Positions 21,367 to 33,521 of a DNA stretch of 64,000 bases are shown here, piece after piece. The notes under the pieces were generated by a model. The model searched no databases. It had not been told where the DNA came from and was given only the letters and a program-made list of their open reading frames with translations. The translations under genes were made by a program, and so were the position numbers. Origin of the DNA: Vairimorpha necatrix (taxonomy: Eukaryota); NCBI GenBank assembly GCA_036630325.1, contig CP142728.1:682001-746000 (forward strand), read 5' to 3'. The stretch's first letter is position 1. Every line of letters starts with the position of its first letter.

Positions 21367-23211
21367 TTAATGAATTTTATATGCTGATACCTCTTTTTTT
21401 ATCAATTCTTCATTCCTTAATAATCTTCTGATTAATTTACCGGTCTGAGTCTTAGGCAACTCTTTAAAATATTTGATCTCATAATTCCTTAAAATCTTAC
21501 CAAAATGCTTACTAAGTAAATCTCTGATATGCGCACTGACGTCATCTTCTAATATGCCCTTATTAAGGACGACATTTATCCGGACCCTTTGACCTACTAA
21601 ATCATCAGGAATCCCAACCACTGCTAATTCACAAGTACCTACACAATTAGACAAGACACTTTCTATCTCTAGCGTACTAATCCTGTGACCACTTATATTT
21701 ATGACGTCATCACATCTACCTAAGATGAAATAATTCCCTTCTTCGTCTTTTATGGCCTCGTCTCCTGTGAAATAAAAACCAGGGAAAACTTCAAGATAAG
21801 TGGATTTATATCGGGCGTGATCATTGAGAAGAGTCTTGGCCAGAGAAGGCCACTTGTAAGAAAAGAGCAAAATGCCCTTTTCATTGGGTAGACAATCTTG
21901 TATTTCATAAGTCTCTGGATCAACTTTGACTATCTTGGGAATGACGAAAGGAGTGGGCACGCCCACTCCTTTCAGATTAGAATTCTTTATTGGAAGAGGA
22001 CTGATCATTATTGAACCAGTCTCTGTCTGCCAATAAGTATTAATAATTGGTATATTATTCCCTATCAACTCCTTAAGGAAATTATGTGGTTCCTCATTTA
22101 GTAATTCCCCTACACTTCCTAGTACTTTAAGGGAAGACAAGTCATATTTCTCTTTTATATCTTTGATTTTTATATTATTTTCTTGCATAAACTTCTGTAA
22201 CATTCTGATGACAGTCGGCGCAGTGTAAAAATGCGAGATCTTAGACCTGGAAATTATGTCAAAAATCCTTAAATAAGAAGGATAAAAAGGCATACCGACA
22301 AAGACTACAGATGTACCACCCCATAATAAAGGACCATAAATAGAATGAGAAAAACAAGCAAGCCAGCCTATGTCTGCTGTAGAAAAATAAATCTCGCCTG
22401 GTTTTCCTTCATATCCAAAATTCAATCTTATGGTCATCATCGTACCAAAAAGAAACCCAGCAATGGAGTGGACAATCCCTTTGGATTTCCCCGATGAGCC
22501 ACTAGTGAAAATTATAAAAAAGTCATCATTGGCATTTAAACTGACACAAGGAATAAAATCAGAAGACAATTCAAGCTGACTAAATAAAAAAATCTTCTCA
22601 TTTTTCTTAATATTTTCTTCATTATTAAAAATTAAAATATAATTTTCATAATTAATTTCTTCTATCGCTTTTTCTACTGTCTCCCAGTACTTCGTGATTT
22701 TATCACCTCTTCTCGCATAATCTAAAGTTATAATCAATTTAGTATTCGTGTCTCTAATTCTCTCACCTACAGTGTGAGAATTAAATCCACCAAAAACAAA
22801 ATGACAAACAAGTCCCAATCGGCCACATGCTAAAACGCATGCATAAAAATCTAAAGAATTATTTCCATAAAAAGTCACTACATCTCCTTTTTCTAATTTA
22901 ATCTTTTTATAAAAACTAGAAATTTGTAAAACTTTTTCCATCAACATTTTATATGTGACATAAGAAAATTCGTCTTCATTACTCACACAAATAAATGCAT
23001 TCTTTTCTGGGTCTTTATTAAAATGTCTATCTAAAACATTATAACAAGGATTTAACATCCCATCAACGAAAAAAAGATCTTTTTCTTTATCATATGCTTT
23101 AGTAAACGGAATGTCCCAACTTAATAAATCAAGAGCTTGTTCTGTCAGAAAAACATCTGAATCATCGATAGATTTCTTGTACATTTTTTTGTATACATCA
23201 ATGCTCTCCAT
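21367..23211 (-). CDS. ACS: Acetyl-CoA synthetase (AMP-forming)
   Basis: FTSGSSGKSKG, STADIGW, TYWQTETG, GRCDDVINISGHR, LPKTQTGKLIRR. Start moved to MESIDVY after CCC. Confidence 0.95.
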   Translation of the reverse strand: MESIDVYKKMYKKSIDDSDVFLTEQALDLLSWDIPFTKAYDKEKDLFFVDGMLNPCYNVLDRHFNKDPEKNAFICVSNEDEFSYVTYKMLMEKVLQISSFYKKIKLEKGDVVTFYGNNSLDFYACVLACGRLGLVCHFVFGGFNSHTVGERIRDTNTKLIITLDYARRGDKITKYWETVEKAIEEINYENYILIFNNEENIKKNEKIFLFSQLELSSDFIPCVSLNANDDFFIIFTSGSSGKSKGIVHSIAGFLFGTMMTIRLNFGYEGKPGEIYFSTADIGWLACFSHSIYGPLLWGGTSVVFVGMPFYPSYLRIFDIISRSKISHFYTAPTVIRMLQKFMQENNIKIKDIKEKYDLSSLKVLGSVGELLNEEPHNFLKELIGNNIPIINTYWQTETGSIMISPLPIKNSNLKGVGVPTPFVIPKIVKVDPETYEIQDCLPNEKGILLFSYKWPSLAKTLLNDHARYKSTYLEVFPGFYFTGDEAIKDEEGNYFILGRCDDVINISGHRISTLEIESVLSNCVGTCELAVVGIPDDLVGQRVRINVVLNKGILEDDVSAHIRDLLSKHFGKILRNYEIKYFKELPKTQTGKLIRRLLRNEELIKKEVSAYKIH

Positions 23212-24122
23212 AGGGAGGTGGAAATTTTTTTTATTTATGCAAAAAAAATAATATAAACACTTTGTTTGTTTACAAACAAAGTGATTATGCAAAAATTTCA
23301 AGTATTTTTTAAGCAATCATCTCTCAATTTGTAAACTTAGTAATGTAAAAATTTAATTAATGTTTTATGACATGTGTAACATGACATCAAATTAATTAAA
23401 TGTGTTTTCTTGTCATAAAAGACAATTAGAAATTATTATTTATATTTTTCGTCATTTTTAGCAGTACCAAAAACGGCAAATAGACGACTCCTTAAAAAGA
23501 CTTTTTTCAAAAAATCGCCCTAATTTTTGGAGATCAGAGTCATAAAAAATATTTAATTTATCAGTAATTTAAAATCATTACGGATCCTATCTTTTTAAAT
23601 GCTGTAAGTAAAATATATTTATATCATTTTTTTAGTTATCTTCCTAATGTCCATCAAGAATTATTTAAAAATGTCATATATCTCTTTTTATCCATAATGA
23701 TGATTAAATTTATTGATCAAATATATTTAAAAAGGTAAGAACAACTTAAAAGAAATATTGAATTTATAAAGTTTATTTAGTTAAACATAAATACATTTTT
23801 ATATTCATTTTACTAAAGAATATTTAAAATTAATTGAACTCTGGAGGTTTTCAATTTTGACCGTTTTCTAAAGAAAATTTGGTACACTGCCTGTTTGATA
23901 AGATAAATAAAAGAATAAAGTCATTTTAAGAATAGTAAAGTGTGAAACTATATTTGAAAAAAAAATCTAAAGGGTTCTAAACAAAACCTCTATGTTTAAA
24001 ATTGTTGCTGCACTAAAAATTAAGACCCTTTACAAATATGTTTTGTCTGTTTATTTTTTAATTTACAGTTAACAGATTTTGACATTTGACGTTTAGGTTT
24101 TTTTTCAATAAAATGTTTTATA

Positions 24123-25010
24123 TCAAGCAGAATTTATTTTAAATCCAATTTCATCAATTAAAATTTCTTCCCAATTCTCCACACTAATATTTTTTTCCAC
24201 CACTGTAAACAAATGTCCTCCATTTCCCGCTCCTGTAATTTTCGACTCAATTCCCAAGCTTCTCAATTTTTTTACTTCTTTTTTCATAATTTCCGGTACA
24301 ATTCCCAAATCTTCAAGCACATCTTCTGCCCTCCTAATCAATTTATACAAATCTACTAATTTAAAATTTTTTTTTAATAATTCATAAGCTTCTTCAGATA
24401 TTTCTTTTAATTTCTCATAATTCTTTTCTTTATTATTTAATACTTGTTTAATAATTTTTTTAGTATCTTTAGGTATTTTACTATTAAAAATTAATATTTT
24501 ATAATTATTAATATATTCAGTAGACATTTTCTCTACTTCTTTTTCTTTAAATGATATCATTCCGCCGTGTTTTATTGTAGCAACATCTACTCCCGAACTT
24601 TTACCATGAAAAAAATCTTCTATTAGATTTGATTGGGTGAAAATTTTTTCAGAATGTAAACTTAGGTTTAAAAAGGTAGAAAACTTTTTAAGATACAAAG
24701 ATGTAGAAGTTAAAGTAGAAATAGCTGCACTACTTCCCAGTCCACAACCTAAATGACAGTTTATTTTTATCATAGCATTGTGTTTTTGATCTTTACTTTC
24801 TATTTTCAAATTGTCGTCAAGTGACAATATAAACTTAGAATTTGTCATGTCTTTGATCAAAATTTTTATATCTGGTAGGTTGACAAAATCTTCTGGTAAG
24901 TAAAGATTACAATATTTATTTATACATAGAGAAATACATCTACCGCCCATTAAAACAGAATGTTCACCGAAGAGAATAAGTTTTAAAGGACTTGTTGCTA
25001 CATTGATCAT
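24123..25010 (-). CDS. ERG12: Mevalonate kinase
   Basis: PLKLILFGEHSV, GCGLGSSAA, HGKSSGVD and KITGAGNGG GHMP motifs. Confidence 0.9.
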   Translation of the reverse strand: MINVATSPLKLILFGEHSVLMGGRCISLCINKYCNLYLPEDFVNLPDIKILIKDMTNSKFILSLDDNLKIESKDQKHNAMIKINCHLGCGLGSSAAISTLTSTSLYLKKFSTFLNLSLHSEKIFTQSNLIEDFFHGKSSGVDVATIKHGGMISFKEKEVEKMSTEYINNYKILIFNSKIPKDTKKIIKQVLNNKEKNYEKLKEISEEAYELLKKNFKLVDLYKLIRRAEDVLEDLGIVPEIMKKEVKKLRSLGIESKITGAGNGGHLFTVVEKNISVENWEEILIDEIGFKINSA

Positions 25011-25556
25011 TTGGGGAAAAAAATAATAATTTTTTAATAATAATTTATTTAATTTAGAAAAATAGTTTTTTGGGAATAATATGAGTTTGTTTGTTTTGAT
25101 ATGATTTTTTGTTTGTTTATAATTAGTAAATTAAAAACTGACATTCTAGAATTTAAGCCACAAGGATAGAAGATAAAAATAAATAATTTATTATGTGTTT
25201 ACTCATTATGTTATTTAGTGATATATTAAAATTTAATATATAAACATCACCTAAAAGTGAATATTAATATATTATAAAAATAGAAGGGAATTAATTATTT
25301 AAAAAGAGATGTCATATTAAAAAACGAATTTACTTGTTATTAATTAAGAATATAATTGAGTCTTATTAAAATCAATAAAATGTTAAAAGTCAAAAATCAA
25401 TATATAATTGAGAAAAAAAATTTATAAAAAAATAGGTAAGGTCGCTTTTCTTAATTTTCCTTAAAATGGTGTTCTAAAATTATTTATTATAAAAAACATG
25501 CCAAAGAAGACTTTGTCTTAAAACTATAAATTTAAATGAATCATTTTATTAAATAT

Positions 25557-27686
25557 TTATTCTTCGCTAGTCTGTTTAAATGTTAGAGGTTCAAATTTAT
25601 ACCCAGTTCCTTTATAAAATTTACTATGAAATTCTATCCAATTAAGTCTAAGCGCATGCAAACATGCGCCCAATCCTTCTAGACCTATCAAAAGACCAAA
25701 AGTCAAAAGAATGAAAATTGGAGATAAAAATATTTTCAAAAATATAGAATTATTTCCACCAATAGTAAATTCTACTAAAACTTTTGTCAATTGTGCATGG
25801 GCAAGAGAAACGGCCCACAATCTCAAATAAGAAGAAGAATTAGAAATTAGACCAATTCCGAATTCTATGGTGTGTATTCCAGAATTCATCCAGACGTCTA
25901 AAGAATCATCTCCTTTGACGAGTTTCTTTTTAAAAAGATAAATTGGTTTAGCGAAGAACATCCAAGGCAAAGCGATAAGAAGAGTAAGAACAATGCATAA
26001 TTGGACATAAGCTTGGCCGGGGTAAAGAGGATTCTTGACTGTGAAAGGACTGGTGTACATTAAAACAAGAGTAGAAATCAGAGAAGGATTTTCTAGAGAT
26101 AAATCAATATAAAGCCACTTAAAAACAATAAGGAAGACTAAATAGCCTAAGAAAGTAGCATAAGCAAGTGCCTGAGGAATGAGAACACAATACATGTCCA
26201 CATAATCAGAGAAATGAAAAGCATTTAGAAATGACAGAACAACCCCCAGGCCCATGTGTAAAAAGCCAATAATAATTGACATCTTCATTTTGACAGAATT
26301 AGTAAATTCCATAGAATTTTTCGCCTCATGCCAGTCGGGATCCAAGCCAAAAGGATAAATGTCATCTACAGTCGTCCTATTTCTAATTCTTCCTCCAAAA
26401 ATATCAATAGGGAAAGAAGTCGAGTCAGAATAAAGAAACCCAAAAAGGATAGAACTTAACCCGCATAAAAATAAAACATACCTGCCATCAATTAATAAAG
26501 CAAAAGACTTGTACTTTTTGTATAAACTTTCCTTGTGCTTGATCATGAAGCAAGACATAAAAACGAGAATCAACCCATGGAAAACATCCCCGAACATTAC
26601 GCCAAATAACATGGGAAACAAGAAGATCATAAAAATCGCAGGATTAATTTCTCGGTACGAAGGGACTCCGTACACATTTATCAAATCTTGGAAAACTTCA
26701 GTGTATTCGTTAAGCTTAAAAGACGAAGGAGGTGTTTCGTCAACCTTAGAATTCTTTTCAAATACAAAATGCCAGTCAGAATTTTCTGAAGATTCTGACA
26801 TTTTTTGTAATTTAAAACAGTCGTCTTTTCTAATCCAAGCTTCTCCTATGAGACAATCTCTTCCTTCATCGAAATTAAACTTATTTAAAGTTCTATAAAT
26901 TTTATATTCTTTTTCAATATAATATTTCAAAGTCAAATAAAGTCGAGAAATCTTCTCGACTTCATTTTTCATTGCTTCTTTGTTATGATCTTCTACACTT
27001 TCAATTCTACTTATAACACTTGTAAGTGCTAATAAATTCTTCTTTGGTTCATTATATTTTTCCATATCTAAAATTCTTCCTCCTAAACTTACGAAAATCA
27101 TTCTAATTTTATCAAATGCTTCTTTCCCATGTGTAAAAATTATAAAAATAACTTTTTTATGTTTATCACTGTCTCTTGTTTTTACTACTAAATTCCTTCT
27201 AAATGCTTGATGAAGAATTTTCTTCATTAAAAATTTCTGCTTTCTGTCTACAATTCCTGTAATAAATTCAAAACTTATTTTACTTGAATCTCCACTAACA
27301 TCTGAAACAAATCTTTCCATATCTTCTACCATATGTAAATCTTCTTTTAATTTCATTAAATTTGAATGTGTATCTTTCTTTATATTTTTTAATTGTACCA
27401 TTCTATTATAATATTTATTTATGCTTTCTTCTACTGTATCTAAATCACTATTCTTCATTTCTGATAATTCAACATTTTCTACTTCTTTACCAAGAAAATT
27501 AAGTCTAGATTGTAATTTCTCAATATGTTTTAATTCATTAGTATAAAGGAGTTTGTCTGATTTAACATTGTCATTTAAATCTTTGAAATGTGTTATTTCA
27601 TTATTACCAAGTTCTGTAATGCATTTTCTTGCATTATCTTTACTTAAATATAAAGTTACAAATTCCATTTCTTCGCTTCTTATCAT
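25557..27686 (-). CDS. VPH1: V-type ATPase V0 subunit a
   Basis: IRSEEM, YREINPA, MFGDVFHG, NSVKMKMS, SNSSSYLRLWAVSLAH, LHALRLNWIEF. Confidence 0.95.
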   Translation of the reverse strand: MIRSEEMEFVTLYLSKDNARKCITELGNNEITHFKDLNDNVKSDKLLYTNELKHIEKLQSRLNFLGKEVENVELSEMKNSDLDTVEESINKYYNRMVQLKNIKKDTHSNLMKLKEDLHMVEDMERFVSDVSGDSSKISFEFITGIVDRKQKFLMKKILHQAFRRNLVVKTRDSDKHKKVIFIIFTHGKEAFDKIRMIFVSLGGRILDMEKYNEPKKNLLALTSVISRIESVEDHNKEAMKNEVEKISRLYLTLKYYIEKEYKIYRTLNKFNFDEGRDCLIGEAWIRKDDCFKLQKMSESSENSDWHFVFEKNSKVDETPPSSFKLNEYTEVFQDLINVYGVPSYREINPAIFMIFLFPMLFGVMFGDVFHGLILVFMSCFMIKHKESLYKKYKSFALLIDGRYVLFLCGLSSILFGFLYSDSTSFPIDIFGGRIRNRTTVDDIYPFGLDPDWHEAKNSMEFTNSVKMKMSIIIGFLHMGLGVVLSFLNAFHFSDYVDMYCVLIPQALAYATFLGYLVFLIVFKWLYIDLSLENPSLISTLVLMYTSPFTVKNPLYPGQAYVQLCIVLTLLIALPWMFFAKPIYLFKKKLVKGDDSLDVWMNSGIHTIEFGIGLISNSSSYLRLWAVSLAHAQLTKVLVEFTIGGNNSIFLKIFLSPIFILLTFGLLIGLEGLGACLHALRLNWIEFHSKFYKGTGYKFEPLTFKQTSEE

Positions 27687-27949
27687 TTGTTTTCTTTTTG
27701 TTTCACGGTTTATTTTTTTTTATAAAACCAATGATTTTTGAAACACCAATAAAATTATGCAAAAAATAATTATTTATAGGAATTTGTTTGTTGAACAAAC
27801 AAATTCCATTGAAATTATGCAAATAATTTTGAAAAAAATCTTGACTTTAAATTTTTAAATTAGTTTTTCAAATAATTTTAAAAACAGTTCATTTATTATA
27901 TGTTACTTTATTAATAATATGTGCATTATGAATAGTAATAAATTTGGTT

Positions 27950-28237
27950 TTATATATTCTCACTAATTTTTTGTAAATCTGAAATGCTCAATCTTGATGC
28001 TTCACTAATTTTCTCTAAATTTTCGTCTTTTTCTAATTCTATTGTTCTTATGGCTATTCCTTTAAGAGAACAAGTTTCCATGTCTAAAATTGGAATTTCA
28101 CTAGTCTGAATTTCTTCTAAGCACAAATTTAAATATGGATCAATACTGATCAATTTCCCCTTTATATTCATACCATTTTTCAGTATAATTGAGATTTTCG
28201 AATTTATCTTTGTTTTGAAATATTCAAAAAAGAGCAT
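27950..28237 (-). CDS. LSM2: Sm-like protein Lsm2
   Basis: MLFFEYFKT...LKNGMNIKGKLISIDPYLN...EASR. Start moved to MLFF after CCC. Confidence 0.85.
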   Translation of the reverse strand: MLFFEYFKTKINSKISIILKNGMNIKGKLISIDPYLNLCLEEIQTSEIPILDMETCSLKGIAIRTIELEKDENLEKISEASRLSISDLQKISENI

Positions 28238-28335
28238 AAGATAAGAAGGGAAGGAAAATCCAAGAAGATTGCATAAACAAAAAAAAAATATTAGCATAAA
28301 CAACAAGAAGAAAAAATATTTCTTTCGTCTCCAGC

Positions 28336-28511
28336 TTAAATATCTGACATTTCTATTAACCATCTTTCAAATAAAAACAAACAAATACAAAATTTGAGAG
28401 TTTTAAATACCTGACATTTCTATTAACCATCTTTCAAATAAAAACAAACAAATACAAAATTTGAGAGTTTTAAATACCTGACATTTCTATTAACCATCTT
28501 TCAAATAAAAA
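28336..28511. repeat. 67-bp tandem repeat, ~2.6 copies, in the LSM2/SHP1 divergent promoter
   Basis: CTGACATTTCTATTAACCATCTTTCAAATAAAA recurs at 28344, 28411 and 28478. Confidence 0.9.
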
Positions 28512-28564
28512 GAATTTAAAATTTAATGTATTCTTTTTTTATAAATTATCAAACATTTGCCCTC

Positions 28565-29251
28565 ATGGATCAACAAAGTAGAATAAGAAAGATCATGTCA
28601 ATGACAAATTGTTCATATGATCAGGCTCTTGAGTCTGACAAGGAATCCAAGGGAAATTTAAATCTCGCCATTGAAATGGCCAAGAAGAAATCTACAGAAT
28701 TGTACGTAGGAGGAGGAAGCAGTGGCTTAGCAGTAGAATCAAGTAAGAAGAACGAGATAGTAAGTTATAAAAATGGTTTATTAGTTAATAACAAGTTTTA
28801 TGATTACTCAGAAGACGACAACTTGAGACTCAAAAAAATGTTAGAAAATAACGAATTTGACGCCGGCGTCTTGGGAGTCCACGACGACAAGGCAGAAGTA
28901 ATTTTCAGGAATTGTGAAAATGAAGAATACCAAAAAGAAGAGGAAATTAAGCCTAGGACGTACGAGGACAATAAAAAGCATGTCTTGTCTTTTGACTCTA
29001 ATTTAGAGGTTTCTTGTCCTGACGAAATTGTCATGGATGAGAATGGGGAAGTTAAGTTTAAATTTTTAGTAAGCGGCAGACGAGTGTCTGTTTTTATGAA
29101 TGAAAAAATGAAGATTTCTGATTTTTATGAAGAATTAAAGAAATACACAAGTAAAAATGTGGTACTTACAAAAGGAGACAGAAAAATCAACCCGACAGAT
29201 GATGTGAATATTTTAAAGAGGAACATGTTTATATTAAAAGAAGAAAAATAA
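28565..29251 (+). CDS. SHP1: Shp1/p47-like Cdc48 cofactor (UBA-like, SEP, ubiquitin-like)
   Basis: UBA-like N-terminus, YVGGGSSGLAV, SEP-like SYKNGLLVN...YDYS. Start at MDQQ after CCC. Confidence 0.75.
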   Translation: MDQQSRIRKIMSMTNCSYDQALESDKESKGNLNLAIEMAKKKSTELYVGGGSSGLAVESSKKNEIVSYKNGLLVNNKFYDYSEDDNLRLKKMLENNEFDAGVLGVHDDKAEVIFRNCENEEYQKEEEIKPRTYEDNKKHVLSFDSNLEVSCPDEIVMDENGEVKFKFLVSGRRVSVFMNEKMKISDFYEELKKYTSKNVVLTKGDRKINPTDDVNILKRNMFILKEEK

Positions 29252-29348
29252 AACATTTTATAATATAAATTTGTATTAATATATTTGTTTGTAAAATTTT
29301 TATTTATATTTGTCCATTTTGTCTTTTTTTATGCTGCTTTCTTGAGGT

Positions 29349-30509
29349 TTAAGATTTAAATTTACTTATTTCAAAAATATAAGCCAAATTATTTAGAATT
29401 ATTTCATTCATCTTTTTCTCTGTTTTATTTATTTCTTCTGATAATTCCAATATTAAATTTCTTATTCTTTCTAAATTTTCAGATCTCTCAATTATTTTAA
29501 TTATCACGTCTGTTATGCAGACTTTAAATCTTAAACATATTTTATTACCAAATAATAAATTAATCATTTCTCTATCTAAATTTGATAATGTTTCAAATTT
29601 AAAATTGTGTCTTTCAAATTTATAATTTTGTCTTTCAAATTTAGAATTTTGTCTTTCAAATTTGAAATTATGTCTTTCAATTGTAGAATTTTGTCTTTCA
29701 AATTTAGAATTTTGTTTTTCAAATTTAAAATTTTGTTTTTCAAATTTAGAATTTTGCTCTACTAGAGAAAATAAAGCTTCGCTTTTTAATAAATCAAATC
29801 CATCGTAATTCAAAATTATATGGAAATATTCTAAAGATTTCTCTCTTAAAATTCTACTTGTAGAATTTTCTATAAGAAAAGGCAATTTATTGAAAACTTC
29901 TTCTAATCTCTTTTTATTTTCATCTTTAATAATTTGTATACCTTCTTGTAAATAATTAATCTTATCTTTATAAATCTTAATATTATTACTAATTTTCAAT
30001 TTATCATCAAATTTAGATTTTAATTTTATTAATTTTTTCTCTTTAAAACATTCCTGCGGCATAAAACTTTTAAATTTTTCAAAACTCCTGAAATTTGAAA
30101 AATTAAAATTTGAATCTTCAAATAACGAAGCAGTCAAAATTAAAGCGTGTTCGTAAATTTCATGTAGTGGATTTTTCATGTGTTTGGAAATTCCTTTTAG
30201 AAATTTTGAAGGATCAAATTTATGGAATTTTAAAGAATTTAAAATTATTTTTAAAATTTTTTCACTAATTTTTATATCTGTGTTTTTGTAAAATATTTCT
30301 GATAAAAATGTTTGGAATTGATTTATGTCTTTTATATTTTTAAGATCTTCGAGATTGTCGAAATTTATTTTTTCTATTTTTAAATCTTGCATTTGAACAT
30401 CTATAAATTTGTCAAATCTAAAATTATGGTCATTAATTTTGACATTTTCTGCTAAGAAATTTTGAATTTCATGAAATTTAAAACTTTCTTTGGTTTTTTG
30501 ATTATGCAT
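29349..30509 (-). CDS. Hypothetical protein with 7-aa FE(K/R)QN repeats
   Basis: 386-aa ORF with CCC-ATG start. Confidence 0.7.
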   Translation of the reverse strand: MHNQKTKESFKFHEIQNFLAENVKINDHNFRFDKFIDVQMQDLKIEKINFDNLEDLKNIKDINQFQTFLSEIFYKNTDIKISEKILKIILNSLKFHKFDPSKFLKGISKHMKNPLHEIYEHALILTASLFEDSNFNFSNFRSFEKFKSFMPQECFKEKKLIKLKSKFDDKLKISNNIKIYKDKINYLQEGIQIIKDENKKRLEEVFNKLPFLIENSTSRILREKSLEYFHIILNYDGFDLLKSEALFSLVEQNSKFEKQNFKFEKQNSKFERQNSTIERHNFKFERQNSKFERQNYKFERHNFKFETLSNLDREMINLLFGNKICLRFKVCITDVIIKIIERSENLERIRNLILELSEEINKTEKKMNEIILNNLAYIFEISKFKS

Positions 30510-30848
30510 GGGAAAAAATGGGCAAAATATTTTATGTTAAAAAATCGACAATTTTCATTTGTAAAATATTTTATGTGTTAAAAAAAACTCCCGATTGTAA
30601 TAATAATTTAAATAAAATATTTCATGTTTAATACTTTATTTTAAAAATTCGTCAATTTACATGTTTTTTTTTGGGTGGAATATTTTATGTTAAATACTTT
30701 ATTTTTAAAAATTCGTCAATTTTTTGCTTATAAAAATTGGGTGGATTTTGCCATGCTAAAATTTGTTCAATTTTTATTTGTGCTTAAAATTCTGCATATA
30801 ATTTTAGTCCTTGTTTTTTTTTATGTCTTGTTTAAAAATAAGAGGTTC

Positions 30849-31712
30849 TTATTTTTCTACTGGTTTACTGCTCATTATACAATTCGCATCTACACTTCTA
30901 GCGTATAAATCTTCTATATCTTCATTTACTTCCTTATGGTAGTGTCTTAAATGGTAATAAAGACCATTTTTATTTTTATACTTCTTTTTACACTTATCAC
31001 TGAAAGGACAGAGATATGGTTTAATCGCCTTCTCGTTCTTCTCTGAGTGCACAAAAGTTATGTGATATTTTAAACCATTTCTTGTTGTGAAGGTACTTTC
31101 ACAATTTTGACAAATTAATTTATTTTTTTTAGATGAAGAAAATCTGATTTTATACATTTCATCTCTATTGTCATTCGGAGACTTGTTTTTGTCTGCCACT
31201 TTATTTTTTACTAAATCTTTATTTTCTACAGTTTTATCATTTACATCTTTACTTTCACTATAGAAATTACAATCATTTACTTGTTTAGTTTCACTATAGA
31301 AGTTATAATCATTTACTAATTCTTTACTATCAGTAGAATAAAATTTAAAATAATTTTCTAATTCTTCAGTTGTGCTATTTTTAATTTGAAAGTCGAGCAT
31401 TTCGTCTCTCAAATTATTTTTAATGAATGACAAATCGCCACTAATACACCAATGAATTAAATTCTGTATTTTAATTAATAAATATTCGTCGTTACTAGTG
31501 TAAATTCCCAACAAATCTCCAATTTCTTCTATTGAAGGTATTACAGGACTTTTTTGCTTAACTTCTTGCCCGGTACTTAACATAACTAATTTTTCGGCCG
31601 CCAGTAGTTCATCATAAATTGATACATAAAAATCATCTTTTTGTGCATTATTAGGCTTTTTATCAGTGCCTACTTTGATTATTTTTTTATTTAAATCTTT
31701 TTTAGTTAACAT
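30849..31712 (-). CDS. C2H2 zinc-finger protein (Sfp1/JAZF1-like fingers)
   Basis: CQNCESTFTTRNGLKYHITFVH and KPYLCPFSDKCKKKYKNKNGLYYHLRHYH. Start at MLTKK after CCC. Confidence 0.8.
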   Translation of the reverse strand: MLTKKDLNKKIIKVGTDKKPNNAQKDDFYVSIYDELLAAEKLVMLSTGQEVKQKSPVIPSIEEIGDLLGIYTSNDEYLLIKIQNLIHWCISGDLSFIKNNLRDEMLDFQIKNSTTEELENYFKFYSTDSKELVNDYNFYSETKQVNDCNFYSESKDVNDKTVENKDLVKNKVADKNKSPNDNRDEMYKIRFSSSKKNKLICQNCESTFTTRNGLKYHITFVHSEKNEKAIKPYLCPFSDKCKKKYKNKNGLYYHLRHYHKEVNEDIEDLYARSVDANCIMSSKPVEK

Positions 31713-33521
31713 TTTTAAGGGATGAAATTTTTTTTTAAATAGTCTTAACGACAAATCAATTAAACTTATAGAATGAAAAAAGGAGAAAGATAAGGAATAA
31801 GGAAATAGAACACGTGAATATTTAATATATTTTTTTAATTTATCAAATTCATATTTTTAAATTAACAAGTAAACATTTTAAATTATTTAGTAGGTGAAGA
31901 ATTAGTACAATAAAGAGTTTAAGAATAGAAATGTGTCTAAGAAATGATACAAATCAAGTATTAAATTAAAATGAATAAAGTTTTGGAATAATATGAGTTT
32001 AATACATATTTTTAAGATAAACAAATTTTTGATTTATACAAAATGTGAATTTTTTAATTTAAAAATACCTTATTTTTCATAAATCAAAAATTTTAGAAAA
32101 AAAGTGAAATGTAAATAAATAAAAGAAAGTAAGAAAATTTTCTAAAAAGTTCTAGTTCTTAAATTAGGAATATTAAGAATATTCTTATTTTTCATAGAAA
32201 CCTGTGCGTCAAATATCTCAAAAATATTGAAAATTTAAATATTTGACATTCAGGTAAATTGATATTTTTCTGATTGCCTCAAAGATAATATAATTCAATA
32301 AAAAATATTTGCTCTTAATTCCAAAGCAGAAATATGATGATATATTTTTAAAAAATTTGATCTTTTTCAAATGTCAGTAAAGAAATTATTCTTTGAATAT
32401 TATGATTCATATAAATTAAGAAATATTACTAAAAAACTTCATAAATCTATAAATTTGTATATTGCATGTAATATTGATATTTGAATTGCTATATTTGACA
32501 ACGTGTTTTTGATTTAATTATAAAATATTGTATAGAAGTCAAAGTGAGTTTAAAAATGTGTTATTTTGATTAAATATTACTTTTATTTGGAATGTACAGA
32601 GTTTCATAATTCTAATGTAAAAGTCAAAAACAACATCTTTTTCCTAATATTTTAGCTCAACCCATTTATAATGACATCTAAATGGTAACGTAAGATACGA
32701 ATGATGTTGGTTTGACAGATGTCACTAATCTCCAATGTTTATCCTTACCCTGCCAAATCGTACAATGCGGGCTGCAGAGATTTAAATATTTAAAGAGCTC
32801 TAAAATAGTTTGCAATGAGCTTATGGTATCATATTTATACATTGAAAACTGTTGCGTCAATCTTCAAGGAAATAAGATTTACTGATTGATGCACAATAGT
32901 TTGTATATGTGTTGTTAAAATCGTGTTGTAACTAATAGTAGGCGTTGAAAAAAATGCGAATTAAAAAAAGATTCGAAAAAGTCAAAGGTTTCGATGTCAT
33001 AACAACGAAGTATTGTGTTGGGCAAGCATTTGCACTTTTATTTAAAAACAATATTAACATTACCAAGAAAACGATTCTTATAAAGACGTATCAAATTGGT
33101 ATTGATCACTACTTTCTGTAAATTTATAAGACTATCAGTCTCACTAGATCTATTTCACGCACATTCACATTACGTCCGAAACTCTTGTCTGTGAGCAAAA
33201 TAACAGTAGTGTTACTATATATAAATATACTAGCACATTAGATATGATTTTTTAACAAATCGAAGCTTATAAGATATATAAGTTCTGATTATTGGGTAAT
33301 CTTTTGCTTTAAAAAAAAGTTTTCGATGTAAGTTAAAATCTACTGGTGATAAAATTGAGATTTTTCGAAATTATAAATAAAGATAACAATGTTATTGATA
33401 TCTTAAAATATGACAGATGTGACCAAAGTACCCAAGATTTAATACATAAAAAACCAAACAAAGTTCTTTTGAAGTTTTTTTTAGTAGCACAATACTGGAT
33501 GTATTCTGTCCTACTAGTAGA

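Noticed and set aside
28336-28511. CRISPR-like array (also 6645-6802, 16428-16570, 37240-37390)
   Set aside because: Contiguous tandem units without unique spacers, no cas genes, eukaryotic context.
31800-33500. Long gene-free region as a possible hidden gene or TE remnant (also 16600-17100, 62150-62800, 63200-64000)
   Set aside because: No motif, terminus or start context that I could support by eye. Left unannotated.
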